DNA of 32,000 nucleotides from Rhodobacter capsulatus SB 1003 (GTDB lineage Bacteria; Pseudomonadota; Alphaproteobacteria; Rhodobacterales; Rhodobacteraceae): NCBI RefSeq assembly GCF_000021865.1, contig NC_014034.1, positions 1,110,001 to 1,142,000 of the forward strand, read 5' to 3'. Shown piece by piece: positions 30,579 to 32,000 of this stretch (position 1 is its first letter; each line of letters starts with the position of its first letter). The notes under the pieces were generated by a model. It saw only the letters and a program-made list of their open reading frames with translations, ran no database searches and was not told where the DNA came from. The position numbers and the translations under genes were made by a program.

Positions 30579-31238
30579 TCACTGTTGAACCGTGCCCCGC
30601 AGATGCGACATCAGCCGCCGCGGCGCTTGGCCGAAGAAGGTTTCCATTGCCCCCCGCTCGGCCTCGCTTGGCGTCAGGCCAACCGGATCGAGCAGCAGGA
30701 CCAGAGGATCGAGCCCCGCCAGCAGCCGGGGCAGTTGCGCCAGATCCGTCACCCGCCGCGCCAGATGCATCGGACGGGCGGCCGCGACCCCCTCGATCTC
30801 GCGCTGGGCCGCGAGGACAAGGCTGTCGTCGGCGCTCAGATAAAGCGCCAGGTGCTGGCGGACCGTCACCGGGCAGTCTGCCAGCTGCAAATCGGCCGCG
30901 TCCGTCTCTTCGAGCAAGGCGGCGCCCAGAAACACGAGCGGGCGCGCGCCGTCCCGACGCAGGCGGATCCGTTCGCGCAGCGCCAAAGGGCAGGTGTCGG
31001 TGTCCCCGGCGTCGGGGGGCGGCGCCGTCACCGGCCCTTGCGCCTGCGGCCTGAGTTCCGGTTCCGGCAGAAGCGGGGCCCCCTGCCGGACCGGCGCCGC
31101 AGCGGCCCTTTCGGGCGGGCGGGCCGGCGTCGGCAGCCTGTCGGATCCCCCGGCCGGGTCCCGCCCCCGACCCGCGCGCCGCAGCTGCAGCAGCGCGGGC
31201 GAGATCGAGACGGAGATGTCGGGCCGGGGTGCGGCCAC
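30579..31238 (-). CDS. Hypothetical protein (219 aa): Pro/Arg-rich N-terminus plus a domain paralogous to the 163-aa protein
   Basis: GTG 31238 lies 3 nt after the pyp stop, with no clear RBS. GC3 is high throughout the frame. No family recognised. Confidence 0.55.
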   Translation of the reverse strand: MAAPRPDISVSISPALLQLRRAGRGRDPAGGSDRLPTPARPPERAAAAPVRQGAPLLPEPELRPQAQGPVTAPPPDAGDTDTCPLALRERIRLRRDGARPLVFLGAALLEETDAADLQLADCPVTVRQHLALYLSADDSLVLAAQREIEGVAAARPMHLARRVTDLAQLPRLLAGLDPLVLLLDPVGLTPSEAERGAMETFFGQAPRRLMSHLRGTVQQ

Positions 31239-31241
31239 GGC

Positions 31242-31616
31242 TCAGGCCCGCTTCACGAAGAGCCAGCAGAACTGGCCGTCGGGTTGGGACTTGAGGTGGA
31301 TCTTCACCGCCACTTCGGCGCCCTTGTAATTGAACTTGTAGTCCAGCATCACATTGGCCTGGCCGGTGCGGTTGAATTTCAGGAATTCCCCGTGGAACCG
31401 CTTGCCCTTGGCGCAGGGCGCGATCTCGTTGAAGAAATCGCGGCCGATCACCGTCGAGGGATCGCGGCCCGCGATCAGCCCCTCGGCCTTGTTGTATTTG
31501 GCGATCCGCCCCATGCGGTCGAGAAGCACGGCGCCGAACGGCAGGCTTTCCGCACGCGCGGGCTCGCGCGCCAGGATGTTGTCGATGTCGTTCGTCCCGA
31601 ACGGAATGATTTCCAT
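31242..31616 (-). CDS. pyp: Photoactive yellow protein (PYP), 124 aa
   Basis: MEIIPFGTNDIDNILAREPARAESLPFGAVLLDRMGRIAKYNKAEGLIAGRDPSTVIGRDFFNEIAPCAKGKRFHGEF... carries the PYP hallmarks: Tyr and Glu of YNxAEG and the chromophore Cys in APC. GAGGAAAG RBS upstream of ATG 31616. It is an internal start of track ORF 31242..31811. Confidence 0.92.
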   Translation of the reverse strand: MEIIPFGTNDIDNILAREPARAESLPFGAVLLDRMGRIAKYNKAEGLIAGRDPSTVIGRDFFNEIAPCAKGKRFHGEFLKFNRTGQANVMLDYKFNYKGAEVAVKIHLKSQPDGQFCWLFVKRA

Positions 31617-31639
31617 GTTCTTTCCTCGCGCAGGTTGAA

Positions 31640-32000
31640 TTAGTGGCCGCTGGTGTCGACGCCGTTCTCGTTGTCGAGAAAGCTGTCGTTGCGGGTCATG
31701 GACATGTCGTGCACCCGGGTGACGGGATTGCCGTCGAACGTGGCGCAGTGCTTGGCGCGGCCCTCGGGGGCAACCCAGCGGTAGTCGGTCCGGCCCATCG
31801 TCACCACGCATTGCGGGATGATTTCGAACCGTTCCTTGGCGTCGTATTTGACCGAGTCGATCTCGATCTCCGAGGCTTCGCCGAATTCGACGAGCGCCTG
31901 CAGTTCATCGATCTTCGAGTCGACCTCGCGTCTGGCGACGATCCCCACCATCTCGGCGGCCGCCGCCATGACCCATTCCGGGAAGTCGCCCGTCACCCGC
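31640..32000 (-). CDS. Hypothetical protein, N-terminus probably beyond the window
   Basis: Open frame from the window edge to the stop at 31640, 23 nt upstream of pyp. ...EIEIDSVKYDAKERFEIIPQCVVTMGRTDYRWVAPEGRAKHCATFDGNPVTRVHDMSMTRNDSFLDNENGVDTSGH. No family recognised. Confidence 0.5.
   Translation of the reverse strand, partial: RVTGDFPEWVMAAAAEMVGIVARREVDSKIDELQALVEFGEASEIEIDSVKYDAKERFEIIPQCVVTMGRTDYRWVAPEGRAKHCATFDGNPVTRVHDMSMTRNDSFLDNENGVDTSGH

Noticed and set aside
1-32000. Mobile elements, prophage, tRNA or rRNA genes
   Set aside because: No transposase, integrase or phage-structural-like ORFs, no terminal inverted repeats and no cloverleaf-like sequences were seen in the intergenic regions. 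The only hint of foreign origin is the compositional deviation of the two giant genes.

Overview
High-GC alphaproteobacterial chromosomal segment. The gene content (photoactive yellow protein plus pcl beside a gas-vesicle cluster, and a fused Nik(MN) ECF nickel transporter) is most consistent with Rhodobacter capsulatus or a close relative; that assignment is inference. Left to right: (1) the end of a NikR-controlled nik(MN)Q nickel ECF transporter operon (1-1659, minus). (2) A tightly coupled four-gene minus-strand operon (1689-9456): two giant proteins I cannot place in any family (775 aa and 1174 aa) bracket two small enzyme-like proteins. It has unusual composition and its own repeat and palindrome motifs. 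This is my best candidate for an undescribed system. (3) A divergent plus-strand cluster (9793-13537): three tiny Gly/Ala-rich membrane proteins, a non-canonical P1B-type ATPase (ACP in place of the CPC motif) and a stand-alone HMA-like protein, reminiscent of ferrosome (fez) loci. (4) A siderophore-piracy island (13545-22170): an ATP-grasp enzyme coupled to an Fe-siderophore ABC importer, an AraC regulator, a TonB-dependent receptor and a periplasmic Fes-like esterase. (5) A 12-gene translationally coupled gas-vesicle operon (22429-28814: gvpN, ?, gvpO, gvpJ, ?, gvpF, gvpG, two more F/L paralogues, gvpS, a degenerate F/L-like gene, gvpK) with no canonical short gvpA or gvpC. (6) A convergent minus-strand pyp operon (28825 to beyond 32000): an unknown partial gene, pyp, two paralogous unknown proteins, and a pcl-like ligase with a carrier-protein-like N-terminus. 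I saw no tRNA, rRNA, CRISPR array, transposase or integrase. Many long Arg/Gly/Pro-rich ORFs in the track are antisense shadows typical of high-GC DNA.
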